A stretch of DNA of 64,000 nucleotides from an uncultured Verrucomicrobiota bacterium (GCA_964444425.1 CAYUHK010000005.1:4031-68030), one strand, 5' to 3'. Positions 45,722-56,644 are shown, counted from the first letter of the stretch. Translations and numbers: made by a program. Notes: generated by a model from the sequence alone, not told the origin.

Positions 45722-46567
45722 ATGTGGGATTATACCGATAAAGTATTGGATCATTTTAGGCATCCCCGCAATGTTGGCTCCATCTCCAATCCGGATGGGA
45801 TTGGTGAAGTTGGCTCCATGGCCTGTGGCGATGCTCTCAAATTGATGTTTAAGCTGGACCCCCAAGGTCGTATTGCGGACGCTAAATTTCAGACTTTTGG
45901 ATGTGCCAGTGCTATCGCATCATCATCGGCTCTAACAGAACTCATCAAGGGCAAGACCTTGGAAGAGGCTGCCAAGGTAACTAACCAGGATATCGCCGAT
46001 TACCTTGGCGGTTTGCCCGAACAAAAAATGCATTGTTCGGTTATGGGCCGCGAGGCTTTAGAACAGGCTATTGCCAACTACCGCACGGGTAAACCCTCCC
46101 AAAAAGATTCGGCCAGCCGGGTAGTCTGCCGTTGTTTTGGCGTTACAGAAGCGGAGATTGAACAAGTCGTTCGCGATAATCATCTTAGCACGATTGAACA
46201 GGTAACCAACTACTCTAAGGCGGGCGGTGCTTGTGGCCAATGTCATCAGGATATAGCAGATATCATCGCTCGCATTCAAGGCGAGCGGCCGCAGCCGCTT
46301 GCGCCATCCTCGGCGGCTCCTCGGCTCACAAATTTGCAGAAGATTAAGCTTATCGAAGAGACTCTGGAGAAGGAAATTCGGCCAATTCTTAAAAAGGATG
46401 GCGGCGATATTGAGTTAATCGATGTGGTCGGCAACCATGTCTGGGTGGCCTTGCGCGGCATGTGCGCTAACTGTCAGGTGGCGCGGTTCACACTAAAAGA
46501 TGTGGTGGAAGCTAGGTTGCGAGAATATGTATCTGCCGATCTAGTCGTTGAGGAGACAAGTGCGTGA
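45722..46567 (+). CDS. nifU: Fe-S cluster assembly scaffold NifU (three-domain form)
   Basis: IscU-like N-terminus NVGSI...GEVGSMACGDALKLMF...FGCASAIASS, central CxxC region and a C-terminal NifU domain (GDIELIDV...RGMCANCQVARFTL). Confidence 0.85.
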   Translation: MWDYTDKVLDHFRHPRNVGSISNPDGIGEVGSMACGDALKLMFKLDPQGRIADAKFQTFGCASAIASSSALTELIKGKTLEEAAKVTNQDIADYLGGLPEQKMHCSVMGREALEQAIANYRTGKPSQKDSASRVVCRCFGVTEAEIEQVVRDNHLSTIEQVTNYSKAGGACGQCHQDIADIIARIQGERPQPLAPSSAAPRLTNLQKIKLIEETLEKEIRPILKKDGGDIELIDVVGNHVWVALRGMCANCQVARFTLKDVVEARLREYVSADLVVEETSA

Positions 46568-47721
46568 GACAGGTTTATCTGGATAATAATGCCACGACAC
46601 AAGTCGCGCCTGAGGTTCTTGAAGCCATGCTGCCGTTTTTTAAGGACTACTGGGGCAACCCTTCTAGCATGCATGTCTTCGGAGGCCAAATCCGTAAACA
46701 TATTGATCGCGCTCGGCAGCAGGTAGCCGCTTTGATTGGCGCTGACTCAACTGAGATAGTTTTTACTGGTTGCGGCACGGAGAGCAATAATATGGCCATC
46801 CGCGGCGCGCAGGCGGCGGCCACTGAGCGCGTCAATCTTATCACTACGCGCGTGGAGCACCCAGCTGTGCTGGAGCCCTGCCGGTTGTTGAAAGAGCAGG
46901 GCGTCCCAACGGTGGAGTTGGAGGTGGATTCGGCCGGGCGTTTAAATCTGGATGGACTGACCCAAGCTCTGCGGCCTGGTAAATCGATCGCCAGCATTAT
47001 GTGGGCGAACAATGAAACCGGCGTGCTTTTTCCCCTGCAACAAATCGCCGAGCAGGTCAAAGCGGCTGGCGGTCTTATACATACCGATGCTATACAGGCA
47101 GTCGGTAAACTGCCGCTAGACATGCGTAAGACACCGGTGGATATGTTGACCATCTCTGGCCATAAGTTGCACGCGCCCAAGGGCATCGGCGCTATCTATA
47201 TTCGCCGCGGTACCAGGGTGCGTTCCTTCTTATTGGGTGGACATCAGGAGGCGGGTCGGCGGGCCGGAACAGAAAACGTGCCTTATATCGTTGGCTTAGG
47301 CTGCGCCTGTGAATTGGCTAGTCGTAATTTAGATGATGAAATGATACGCCTGGCGAAGCTGCGCGACCGGCTTCAGGAGGGGATTCTACAGTCCTGTCCA
47401 GATACGCAAATCAATGGCGACCCGGATCAGCGCCTGCCGAACACTTTGAATATTAGTTTTTCATATATCGAGGGCGAAGCTATTCTATATCATCTTAGCG
47501 ATTACGGCATCGCCGCTTCCTCAGGCTCAGCTTGCGCCTCGGGATCATTGGAGCCATCGCATGTTATTAGGGCCATGGGGGTGCCATTTACCGCAGCTCA
47601 CGGTTCAATTCGCTTTAGCCTCAGCCGCTATAATACGGAAGCAGATATTAGCTATGTATTAAATAAGCTTCCTGGGATCGTCCAAAAATTACGGGCGCTG
47701 TCACCATTCTGTTCAAAATAA
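46564..47721 (+). CDS. nifS: Cysteine desulfurase NifS/IscS type (class I)
   Basis: VYLDNNATTQVAPEVLEAM, PLP-lysine region SGHKLHAPKGIGAIY and active-site SSGSACAS. It overlaps the nifU stop by 4 nt. Confidence 0.85.
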   Translation: MRQVYLDNNATTQVAPEVLEAMLPFFKDYWGNPSSMHVFGGQIRKHIDRARQQVAALIGADSTEIVFTGCGTESNNMAIRGAQAAATERVNLITTRVEHPAVLEPCRLLKEQGVPTVELEVDSAGRLNLDGLTQALRPGKSIASIMWANNETGVLFPLQQIAEQVKAAGGLIHTDAIQAVGKLPLDMRKTPVDMLTISGHKLHAPKGIGAIYIRRGTRVRSFLLGGHQEAGRRAGTENVPYIVGLGCACELASRNLDDEMIRLAKLRDRLQEGILQSCPDTQINGDPDQRLPNTLNISFSYIEGEAILYHLSDYGIAASSGSACASGSLEPSHVIRAMGVPFTAAHGSIRFSLSRYNTEADISYVLNKLPGIVQKLRALSPFCSK

Positions 47722-47935
47722 TAGTCTAAAATAATGACCATAGCCCGGCGGTCCAAACCATTGTTGAAGCTAGCCAGCGCGGGCGGTTTCACATATCCCC
47801 AAAGCGACGTTAACCACAATATATATTGTAGTTGTATAGCTTGACTCCCCTTGATATTGTATTGGCATTATATGAAGAGGGTCATACTAGCAAGCTAAAA
47901 ACCGCCGATCGTGTATCAATATCCTTAAAATAATT

Positions 47936-50900
47936 ATGCGCTTAAAAAGCATAGAAATCATTGGTTTTAAAAGTTTTGCGGAACCAATTTTACTGGAATT
48001 TGGCCCAGGCATGACGGTTATCGTCGGCCCTAATGGTTGTGGCAAAAGCAATATCTCTGATGCCGTCCGCTGGGTTCTGGGCGAACAAAGCGCGAAGCTC
48101 CTACGCGGCTCTAAGATGGAGGATTGTATTTTTAATGGCACTGATAATCGCAAACCCTTGGGCATGGCGGAAGTTAGCCTAACCTTGGCCGAATGCGAAA
48201 ATGTGCTGCCAATAGAATATCACGAAGTGACGGTGACACGACGCGTTTTGCGGTCCGGCGAAGGCCAATATTTCATCAATAAAACCCCCTGTCGCTTAAA
48301 AGATATTCAGCGGCTCTTCATGGATACTGGTATTGGCACCAATTCCTATTCGTTGATGGAGCAGGGTCGTATAGATCTGATTCTCAGCTCGCGTCCTGAG
48401 GATCGTCGCGAAATTTTCGAGGAGGCCAGCGGCATCACCAAGTATAAGACCGATAAGCGTGAGGCGCTGCGTAAGCTGGAACAAACCGAAGCTAATCTAC
48501 TGCGGTTAGCAGATATCATCAAAGAGGTTAAACGCCAAATTATTTCCCTCCAACGCCAAGCGGGTAAAGCGGCTCGGGTAAAGAAGCTGAAAGAGGAACT
48601 GCGCGGCTTAGATATTTATGTGTCTTCCGGGCGCCTACAGGCCATCAGCGGCGAGCTCCAGCAACAGGAAAACCAGATGGCCTCCTTGAACGAAACCATT
48701 GAGGCGTTGCAGAAAGATATAACTGATCTCGAGCAACAGGGAGCAGAGTTGCGCCAGGCGTTGGCCTCCGCTGAGGCCGCCATGGATGGGGCGCGCCAGG
48801 CGGAAATGGAACTTAACTCCCAGTTGCAACAATTGCGTCAAACCATTGAGATGAACCAGCGGCGCATTGGCGAACTGCAAAGCATGACCCAACGGGACGC
48901 GGCCGACCAGGACTTCGCCAGGCAGGATATCATCAAGCAGCGCCAGCATTTGGAGCAGACTAAGCAAGCGTTGGATAAAGCAGAAAATGAGCTGGCCGCT
49001 TGCGAGGCTCATTTGCGGGAAAAAACACAATGCAATACGGCGCACGAGCAACAGATCAGCCAGGTTAAACATTCCATCAATGGCCTACATACCGAATCCA
49101 TGGAACTGGGTGATAAATGGGCTAAATTTCAAAACGAGCTTAATAAATTGGAAATCGAGAACCGCACCTTGGGCCGAGAACGTGAGCTGCGGGCAGCCGA
49201 GCAAACCAATTTAACATATGCCATAGAAGGATTGGAGAAACGGCTCTCAGGACTGACCGCCGGCATTCAAAATATGTCTGCCGACGTTCAGCAGGCCGAA
49301 GCGCTTATGGCTGCCCGCCGCCAAGAGCAATCGGCCATTATTCAAACGCTTAAAGAATTAGAAGAGCGCTATTCCGCTTATACCAACCGCCGGGCGTCTT
49401 ATAACGCTCAAATAGAAATGCTGACGACCCAACTTGCTGATAGAGATGCTTGGCCCGCAGGAACCCGGCAAATATTGGATCCCGCCAATCCCTTGGGGAT
49501 TGACCGCCAGCAGCTTCTGGGCTCGCTGAGCGGACAATTAGAAACCAAGGCGGAATTTAGGTTGGCACTGGAAGCCGCGCTGCGCCATTGGGCCGCCGCT
49601 GTTGTGGTTGCCGATTGGCCGAGCGCCTTAGAACTCGCCCGGCAATTGGAAAAAAGCGATGACGGCGCGGCTCAATTGTTGGTGGCCCAGCTCTCAGACC
49701 GGGCTGAACAGGTCAAGCCACCGCCCGGGCCTGGCATAGCTTTGATAGATCATGTTTCTTGCTCGGCGGCGCTACGCCTGTTGCTGGAGCGCCTCTTGGC
49801 TCATGTTCGAGTGATTGATTCCTTCGAGCAATTGCCAGTGCCTTTACCGCTGCACTCTATTTGGGTGACCCGAACAGGCATGATGGTCAGTGGTCTAGGT
49901 GCACTGGAATGTGGCTCAGGCGCATCACAGCGGCGCTGCGATACCCCTCTGGCTCGCAAGCATGCTCTGCAGGAGCTACAAGAAGCCAGCACGCGTCTAC
50001 AAGCCGATATGCAAGATTTGGCTCACCAACGTATCGAACAAACGAGCCGTTTAAACGCCGCTGAGCAGGCGCTTCAGCAGGCTCAGCAAGACCTGGATGC
50101 ACAACGCCAAGCCCTAGCCCGTCAGGAAGGTGAATGCCAAATCGTCACCAAAGAAACCGATCAACAGCGAGAACGTCTGGAGACGGTGCGCTGGGAATCT
50201 CAAGAACTAGATAAGCAAGGCGAAGCTTTGGAAGCTCGTAGCGCCGTTAGCGCGGAGCTGGATCAGATCCGCACGCGGCGCATTGAAATCAAGGCAGCTG
50301 TGGCGACCCAAACCAGTCAGCTTCAGGAACTGGAACAAGCGCACAAGGGCCTCTTAGCTGAGGTAATTCAGGCCAATGTGCGCTTGGAAAAGCAAAAGCA
50401 AAGCCGGGATCATTTTCAAAGTCGGCATGCGCCATTAGCCGAACGCATTGCCGAACAGGATCAACGCATTGCGGAATATGCGCAACGGGTTGCGGAATAT
50501 CAGGCCGAGATCGAATCCCTCACTAAGGCTATGGATGCTGCTCGACAGGCCATCCCAACGCTTGATGCTGAAATCAAGAGCACCGCCACTCGGCTGGCGG
50601 ATATCCGCCAGCGTCGCCGCGATGCCGAAGCCGCCTGGCAGGCGGCAGAGGACAAACAAAAAACCAAGCGCACCACGTTGGAAGAACGTCGGAATCAACG
50701 CCAGGAAATCAATGGCCATTGCATCGAGCTGCGCATGAAACACCAAAATCTGAGCGAGCGGCTCACATCGGAATACCGCATACCCTTTGATGCTATCGCA
50801 CGTGAGCCTGAGCCGGAATGGCCGGAAGAAGGCCAACCTGATGCCGAGGCTTTAGATAATACCATAGCGGAAATGCGCGCTAAAATCGAGGGGTTGGGGC

Positions 50901-51571
50901 CGGTCTATGAAGGCGCTATCGAAGAATATGAACAACTGCAAGAGCGCTTTAGCTTCCTGAGCCAACAGCAGGATGACTTGGTGAAATCCAAACACCAACT
51001 CATGGAGATGATTAAAAAAATCAATCAGACCACCACCGATCTGTTTGCCAGTACTTTTGAGGCAATCAATCTAAATTTCCAAACAACTTTTAAGCAATTA
51101 TTCGCTGGTGGTTCTGCCAAGCTCATGCTGGCTGATGACGAAGATATTTTGGAAAGTGGTATTGAAATAATCGCCCGGCCGCCAGGCAAACGTCTACAAA
51201 GTGTTTCGCTGCTCTCGGGTGGCGAGCGCACCTTAACGGCAGTGGCACTGCTCTTTGCGATTTATATGATCAAGCCTAGTCCCTTTTGCGTTCTGGATGA
51301 GTTGGACGCCGCCTTGGATGAACCTAATAATCGTCGTTTCATTAAAATGCTGGAGGGATTTCTCGGCCAATCTCAGTTCATCACCATCACGCATAATCAA
51401 CAGACCATTGCCGCGGCCAGCGTGATCTATGGGGTCACCATGGAGGAAACTGGTGTATCCAAGATAGTGTCCATGAAATTCCACCAGGATGCTGTTCGCC
51501 CGCTGCTACAAACTCCTGCTTCAGAACCCGAGGCAGTTGCGACAACCCCATCGCCAGCGCCCGCAGGCTAA
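47936..51571 (+). CDS. smc: Chromosome partition protein SMC
   Basis: N-terminal Walker A GPNGCGKSNISDAVRWVLGEQS, ~900 aa of coiled coil with a central hinge, C-terminal signature LSGGERTLTAVALLFAIY and Walker B CVLDELDAALD. Confidence 0.9.
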   Translation: MRLKSIEIIGFKSFAEPILLEFGPGMTVIVGPNGCGKSNISDAVRWVLGEQSAKLLRGSKMEDCIFNGTDNRKPLGMAEVSLTLAECENVLPIEYHEVTVTRRVLRSGEGQYFINKTPCRLKDIQRLFMDTGIGTNSYSLMEQGRIDLILSSRPEDRREIFEEASGITKYKTDKREALRKLEQTEANLLRLADIIKEVKRQIISLQRQAGKAARVKKLKEELRGLDIYVSSGRLQAISGELQQQENQMASLNETIEALQKDITDLEQQGAELRQALASAEAAMDGARQAEMELNSQLQQLRQTIEMNQRRIGELQSMTQRDAADQDFARQDIIKQRQHLEQTKQALDKAENELAACEAHLREKTQCNTAHEQQISQVKHSINGLHTESMELGDKWAKFQNELNKLEIENRTLGRERELRAAEQTNLTYAIEGLEKRLSGLTAGIQNMSADVQQAEALMAARRQEQSAIIQTLKELEERYSAYTNRRASYNAQIEMLTTQLADRDAWPAGTRQILDPANPLGIDRQQLLGSLSGQLETKAEFRLALEAALRHWAAAVVVADWPSALELARQLEKSDDGAAQLLVAQLSDRAEQVKPPPGPGIALIDHVSCSAALRLLLERLLAHVRVIDSFEQLPVPLPLHSIWVTRTGMMVSGLGALECGSGASQRRCDTPLARKHALQELQEASTRLQADMQDLAHQRIEQTSRLNAAEQALQQAQQDLDAQRQALARQEGECQIVTKETDQQRERLETVRWESQELDKQGEALEARSAVSAELDQIRTRRIEIKAAVATQTSQLQELEQAHKGLLAEVIQANVRLEKQKQSRDHFQSRHAPLAERIAEQDQRIAEYAQRVAEYQAEIESLTKAMDAARQAIPTLDAEIKSTATRLADIRQRRRDAEAAWQAAEDKQKTKRTTLEERRNQRQEINGHCIELRMKHQNLSERLTSEYRIPFDAIAREPEPEWPEEGQPDAEALDNTIAEMRAKIEGLGPVYEGAIEEYEQLQERFSFLSQQQDDLVKSKHQLMEMIKKINQTTTDLFASTFEAINLNFQTTFKQLFAGGSAKLMLADDEDILESGIEIIARPPGKRLQSVSLLSGGERTLTAVALLFAIYMIKPSPFCVLDELDAALDEPNNRRFIKMLEGFLGQSQFITITHNQQTIAAASVIYGVTMEETGVSKIVSMKFHQDAVRPLLQTPASEPEAVATTPSPAPAG

Positions 51572-51644
51572 TTGATCCGCTGCTCTCTAATATCTGGCAA
51601 CCAGCTACCCTAGCATGGCGTTGGTGGTCTGCATTAAGATAATG

Positions 51645-52748
51645 CTATCCTAAGCGCCCTAGCACCTTAGCAAGGGCACGGAGGCAACGTTCATTTTCGA
51701 CGCGGGTGCCGATGGTGATGCGCACATGGTGTGGCAGCCCGTATCCATCCATCGGCCGCACGATAATCTTTTCTTTCTGCATAGCTTGGAAGATAGCGCG
51801 GCCATCTCCTACCTCCACCAACATAAAATTAACGACTGAAGGCACATAGGCCAATCCCAGCTGCCGTAAATGTTTTTCGAAAAAGGCCAGACCTTCTTGG
51901 ATCATTTTCCGTGTTCGCCGAACAAAGGCCTCATCCTGCAAGGCAGCTTGCGCGGCGGCCAGGGCCATAGCATTGACGTTAAACGGCTGGCGCACTCGGT
52001 TGAAAAGGGCTATGCCTTCGGCCGGGGCCACAGCGTAACCGATTCTAAGACCAGCCAATCCATAGGTTTTTGAAAAGGTTCTTAAAATAATTACTTTGCG
52101 ACCTTCACGAACATAACTCAAGGTGTCAGGCTGTAGTTGTGGCGGCAATAGTTCAATATAAGCTTCATCAAGGCAGACTACGAGATGCTCGGGCACGCTG
52201 CGGATAAAGCGGTCTAGGGCGGGACCATCTACCATTGTTCCAGTGGGATTATTGGGGTTGGCGATAAACACTACTCGGGTCCGGGGGGTGATGGCAGCGG
52301 CCATGGCGTCGAGATCATGGATAAAATTGTGCATGGGCACTAGTACTGGCTTGGCTTGGCAGAGGGCCGCCGCTAGGTGAAAGATAGCGAAGGCGCGATC
52401 GGCCATGATCATTTCCAAACCCGGGCCAAGAAAAATGTGTCCAATCAGCTCAATGATTTCATTGCTGCCATTGGCTGGTAGGATTTGTTCCGGCGATATA
52501 TTTAACTTGGCCGCCAGGGCCTGGCGTAGTGCGTGGGCGCCACCGTCGGGATAGCGATGCATCTGTGCGGCCATTTTTTGCATGGCGCGAATAGCTCGCG
52601 GGGCTGGTCCCAGAGAATTTTCATTGGAAGCTAGCTTGATGATATCATCCAGCGATTCAAAACCATATTCGCGAGCTAACTCTTCCAGCGGCTTGCCTGG
52701 CTCATATCGGCCTAACGTTGATATCCACTGATGTGCAATGGTTTGCAT
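51645..52748 (-). CDS. hisC: Histidinol-phosphate aminotransferase
   Basis: Class II aminotransferase with the PLP-lysine motif RTFSKTYGLAGLRIGY and FIANPNNPTG. Confidence 0.8.
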   Translation of the reverse strand: MQTIAHQWISTLGRYEPGKPLEELAREYGFESLDDIIKLASNENSLGPAPRAIRAMQKMAAQMHRYPDGGAHALRQALAAKLNISPEQILPANGSNEIIELIGHIFLGPGLEMIMADRAFAIFHLAAALCQAKPVLVPMHNFIHDLDAMAAAITPRTRVVFIANPNNPTGTMVDGPALDRFIRSVPEHLVVCLDEAYIELLPPQLQPDTLSYVREGRKVIILRTFSKTYGLAGLRIGYAVAPAEGIALFNRVRQPFNVNAMALAAAQAALQDEAFVRRTRKMIQEGLAFFEKHLRQLGLAYVPSVVNFMLVEVGDGRAIFQAMQKEKIIVRPMDGYGLPHHVRITIGTRVENERCLRALAKVLGRLG

Positions 52749-52818
52749 ATGGTTTTTGTGGCTCTAAACTATTTATAGGGACATGATCTTGCGCGATGAT
52801 TTTTTATAGACCGCAGCT

Positions 52819-53898
52819 TTATTTGGTTATCTCGACGGCGCGGGGATAGGCCCCTAAAACTGATACCAGCAAGCAATGTTTTTCCAGATCTTGTAAGGCG
52901 CGGCCGACATTGGGCTCGTCGGCGTGTCCCTCGATATCCACAAAAAACAAGTATTCCCAGGCCTTAAGCTTACTGGGGCGGGATTCTATCTTTGTCATAT
53001 TGATCCCGTGTTTCTTGAATGCGCCCAATGCGCGATATAAGGATCCGGCGCGATGTTTGACCGCGAACATCAGAGAAGTTTTATCATCTCCAGTGGGCTT
53101 GCCATAAGAGTGACCGATCACCCAAAAGCGGGTTGTGTTGCTGCTATAATCTTGGATGTCGGAGGCTATGATTTTTAAGCGATACATCTCGGCAGCCATG
53201 GCGCCGGCGATGGCCGCACTATTTTTCTCGCGGGCGGCGATCTCAGCTGCTTTGGCCGTGCTGGAAACTGGGACCAACTCTGCGGCTGGCATCTCCGCAC
53301 GCAACCAATTCCGACATTGTCCAAACACCTCTGGCTTGCTGAGGATACGCCGTAGCGGTTGAGTCGGGCAGCGCGCCATCAGATGATGGGCTACCCGTAA
53401 ATAGATTTCCGCGCTAATTTTTAGTGGCGTTCCGATAAATTTATCCAAGGTATGGGTGATGGCTCCTTCCGTTGAGTTTTCGATCGGCACAACGCCATAT
53501 TCCACCTGACGCTTAGTAGCCTCATCAAAAATATCATCGATGGTTTCACAGGCCACAAAATCTACACTGCTGCCAAAGCATAGTCGGGCGGCCTGATGAG
53601 TAAAGGTTGTCGGCGGGCCCAGGAAGGCTATGCGCATTGGCTGCTCCAGCGCCAGCGCTGATGACATTATCTCTCGATAAATCATGGCCAAGGAGGTTTG
53701 GCTGAGCGGGCCCTGGTTAGCCTTGCGCACACGATTCAACACGATCTTCTCGCGCGCGGGAACATAGATCTCGCTGGCGTTGGCTTGCTTCCATTTGCCG
53801 ATGCGTAAGGCGACCGCGGCGCGCCGATTTAAAAGACGGACGATTTGATCATCCAGTCGGTTAATCATATTACGGAGCGTTGTTAAGGTCGTGCTCAT
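52819..53898 (-). CDS. pheA: Bifunctional chorismate mutase / prephenate dehydratase (P-protein)
   Basis: N-terminal CM_2 helix LRNMINRLDDQIVRLLNRRAAVALRIGKWK, a PDT domain (RIAFLGPPTTFTHQAA...TRF) and a C-terminal ACT domain. Confidence 0.85.
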   Translation of the reverse strand: MSTTLTTLRNMINRLDDQIVRLLNRRAAVALRIGKWKQANASEIYVPAREKIVLNRVRKANQGPLSQTSLAMIYREIMSSALALEQPMRIAFLGPPTTFTHQAARLCFGSSVDFVACETIDDIFDEATKRQVEYGVVPIENSTEGAITHTLDKFIGTPLKISAEIYLRVAHHLMARCPTQPLRRILSKPEVFGQCRNWLRAEMPAAELVPVSSTAKAAEIAAREKNSAAIAGAMAAEMYRLKIIASDIQDYSSNTTRFWVIGHSYGKPTGDDKTSLMFAVKHRAGSLYRALGAFKKHGINMTKIESRPSKLKAWEYLFFVDIEGHADEPNVGRALQDLEKHCLLVSVLGAYPRAVEITK

Positions 53899-54742
53899 GG
53901 TTTTCCTTTACTGCATCTTCGGGTTGGGTTACTGGGGCATTCTCCGCTGATTCAGCTGAGGTTATGGTATCGAGAGTTTCTGGGTCAACGGCCTGATCGT
54001 TCGCCACGCTTGGCCTGGCGCTGTTATCGATGGAAGCGTTGGGCGATTCAATAGGATCTTGGGAATCGCGTTCGCCTGATTCGGTCGGCTGTGTCGCCGC
54101 CGCGGGGGCGGTTTGTTGGCTGTGTTTATATTCATTTGCACGCCGACATAATTGCTCAATACCCGGCAATTCTTGCAAGCTTTTCAGGCCGAAATGTTCC
54201 AGAAATAGCTGGGTCGTACCATGCAGTAAGGGGCGTCCTGGCAAGGGGCTGCGACCAACGATGCGAATCAATTGCAATTCCAATAAGTTGCGCACGATAG
54301 TGTCCACGCTAACGCCGCGGACAGCTTCAATTTCCGCACGCGTAACCGGCTGGCGATAGGCAATAATGGCCAGGGTTTCTAAAGTTGGTCGAGATAAACG
54401 GCTGGGCTTGCCGATATCTAACAGGTGTCTTAACCATGGTCCGCAAGCAGCGTCGGTTTGAAAGCGAAAACCTCCCGCCACCTCCATCAGTCGTACTCCA
54501 ATATGACGCTCGGCTAAATCCACTTTGATTTGTTCTAAAGCTGCTAGGATATCTTGTTCGCCGACCGTGGCAAACAAACGAGCTTCAGCAGGATGGTTTT
54601 CCGCCACCTCCACTAACACGCGGCGCATATCTGCGGCTGTCACCGGCCGGCGTGAGCCAAATAACATGGCGCCCACAACCTGTTTTAATTCGAGCGTAGG
54701 CGCGGCTGAGGTCATAGTTAATTTTTCCTTAGTGTAAAACAA
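53870..54742 (-). CDS. scpB: Segregation and condensation protein B with a ~100-aa acidic C-terminal extension
   Basis: Tandem wHTH ScpB core (LKQVVGAMLFGSRRPVTAADMRRVL...). The tail is rich in D/E/S/P/A (QQTAPAAATQPTESGERDSQDPIESPNAS...). Confidence 0.8.
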   Translation of the reverse strand: MFYTKEKLTMTSAAPTLELKQVVGAMLFGSRRPVTAADMRRVLVEVAENHPAEARLFATVGEQDILAALEQIKVDLAERHIGVRLMEVAGGFRFQTDAACGPWLRHLLDIGKPSRLSRPTLETLAIIAYRQPVTRAEIEAVRGVSVDTIVRNLLELQLIRIVGRSPLPGRPLLHGTTQLFLEHFGLKSLQELPGIEQLCRRANEYKHSQQTAPAAATQPTESGERDSQDPIESPNASIDNSARPSVANDQAVDPETLDTITSAESAENAPVTQPEDAVKENHEHDLNNAP

Positions 54743-54752
54743 CCATCAAAGG

Positions 54753-55487
54753 TCAACTGGCCATATGCAGCACAATGATTTCGCCGAAGGCCCCATTCTG
54801 CTTGGCGCTGATCTGACGCAGGCGCACCAGCTCCAGCAATGCCAAGAACATACAGATCACTTCATGTCGTGAACCGGCGCTTGCAAATAAAGCGGAGAAC
54901 ACGATCCGTTCTTCCTGGCGTATTCGTTCCAGGATCATAGCGATTTTATCCGCGACGGTACATGTCGGTGCGAATACTTCGCCGATTTCGTCGACTTGCA
55001 CCCGCTTTAAACTTTCGTTGAAGGCGGCAATCAGATCAAAAATAGTTACATCGCCAATGCTGATGCTTGGCTCGCGTTCCACCGCGACTTCATCAGTGCC
55101 GCGGCCGAACATGTTACTTTGGAGCAGCTCCCTTTCCTGGAGGCTGCCGGCCGCTTCCTTAAATTTCTTGTATTCAATAAGTTGGCGCACTAGATCCCAA
55201 CGCGGATCTTCCTCTTCGGGTTCGAGGTCGGGACGTTCTTCCAGCGGCAGGAGCATACGGCTCTTGATCATCATCAGGGTTGCGGCCATGACCAGAAAAT
55301 CGCCGGCGATATTTAAATCCAGCATACGCATCAGCCCCAGATATTCCATATATTGGCGGGCGATCAGCTCAATGGGAATGTTGTAAATATCCAGCTCATC
55401 TTTTTTAATAAGATAGAGCAGCAGATCCAGAGGCCCTTCGAAGATATCCAGCTTGATCTTATAATCGTCCTTGATTGGCAGGGTCAT
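54753..55487 (-). CDS. scpA: Segregation and condensation protein A (kleisin)
   Basis: IKLDIFEGPLDLLLYLIKKDELDIYNIPI N-terminus. It lies directly upstream of scpB. Confidence 0.8.
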   Translation of the reverse strand: MTLPIKDDYKIKLDIFEGPLDLLLYLIKKDELDIYNIPIELIARQYMEYLGLMRMLDLNIAGDFLVMAATLMMIKSRMLLPLEERPDLEPEEEDPRWDLVRQLIEYKKFKEAAGSLQERELLQSNMFGRGTDEVAVEREPSISIGDVTIFDLIAAFNESLKRVQVDEIGEVFAPTCTVADKIAMILERIRQEERIVFSALFASAGSRHEVICMFLALLELVRLRQISAKQNGAFGEIIVLHMAS

Positions 55488-56449
55488 TATTCTAATCCTA
55501 TGGCGCGGCGTGCTGCCTGCAAGGTTTTTTGAATCTCGGCGCGGGCCCGCGCCGCGCCCTGCTGTAAAATTTTTTCTAAGCGCTCCGGTTGTTCCTGAAG
55601 AGCGGCGCGCCGTGTACGCAACGGCGCAAAATATTCTTGTATCCGCTCCGTCAATATTTTTTTTGCCTCGCCATAACCCAGCCCACCGCCGCGATAGCGT
55701 TCGGCCATGGCGTTTATTTCGGCATCCGTGGCAAAGAGCTTATATAACGCAAAGACATTACAGCGATCGGGATCTTTTTTATCGGCGACCGATTTACTAT
55801 CGGTAACAATGCGCATAACGGCTTTTTGCATTGCCATCGGCAAGCCAAACAGCTCAATGGTATTGTTATATGATTTAGACATTTTTTGCCCGTCTACGCC
55901 AGGCACAACGGCTACGGATGAACGAATGACAGGTTCGGGTATTTTGAAAACCGCGCCAAATTTCAAGTTGAATTTTGCTGCGATATCGCGTGCAACCTCC
56001 ACATGTTGTTTTTGATCTTGTCCTACCGGAACCACATCAGCCTGCACGGCTAGAATATCCGCTGCCATCAATACAGGATAGGCAAATAATCCTAAGCTGG
56101 CAGGAATGCTGCGGCTCACTTTGTCCTTGTAGGAATGACAGCGCTCCAATAAGCCCATCGGGGTTACAGTCGCCAATAACCAGGCTAATTCCTGTATTTC
56201 CGGTACATCGCTCTGGCGATAAAAGACGGTTTTTTCAGGATTTAATCCGCAGGCTAGAAAATCTAAGGCCACCTCACGAGTGGCTGCGCGCAGAAGCTCT
56301 GGATCGTTGAGCGAGGTAAGGGCATGGTAATCGGCGATAAAGAGAAAGGCCTCGCCTTGTTCTTGTAATTCCAAAGCTGGCTTCATCATGCCGAAATAAT
56401 TGCCCAAATGTAGCCGGCCGGAAGGCTGAATGCCCGATAATGCTCTCAT
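55487..56449 (-). CDS. trpS: Tryptophan--tRNA ligase
   Basis: SGIQPSGRLHLGNYFG (HIGH-type motif), KMSKS present, ~320 aa class I aaRS. Confidence 0.9.
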   Translation of the reverse strand: MRALSGIQPSGRLHLGNYFGMMKPALELQEQGEAFLFIADYHALTSLNDPELLRAATREVALDFLACGLNPEKTVFYRQSDVPEIQELAWLLATVTPMGLLERCHSYKDKVSRSIPASLGLFAYPVLMAADILAVQADVVPVGQDQKQHVEVARDIAAKFNLKFGAVFKIPEPVIRSSVAVVPGVDGQKMSKSYNNTIELFGLPMAMQKAVMRIVTDSKSVADKKDPDRCNVFALYKLFATDAEINAMAERYRGGGLGYGEAKKILTERIQEYFAPLRTRRAALQEQPERLEKILQQGAARARAEIQKTLQAARRAIGLE

Positions 56450-56644
56450 GGGATAAAATGCTCTAGTTTCTTGTCCGTGCCCGTAAAATCAATGCTTAGA
56501 TTGGCAGAAAGCATACAGCAGTCAGGGCATTCAATCAAAGAAAAAAACCGACCGGCTTTTCGATATTGACAAACCGATGCTTCCACAATGAAATCTTAAA
56601 ATCAATATGTTTAAGCCGGCTTCAACGGGGGGCAGCGATTTAAG

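Noticed and set aside
47722-47935. Putative sigma70 promoter TTGACT upstream of smc
   Set aside because: A good -35 hexamer is present, but no convincing -10 hexamer lies at 16-18-bp spacing, so it is not reported as a feature.
56520-56560. Possible intrinsic terminator (aaaaaaaccgaccggcttttcg) downstream of trpS
   Set aside because: The stem is only about 3 bp when folded on either strand, which is too weak to call a terminator.
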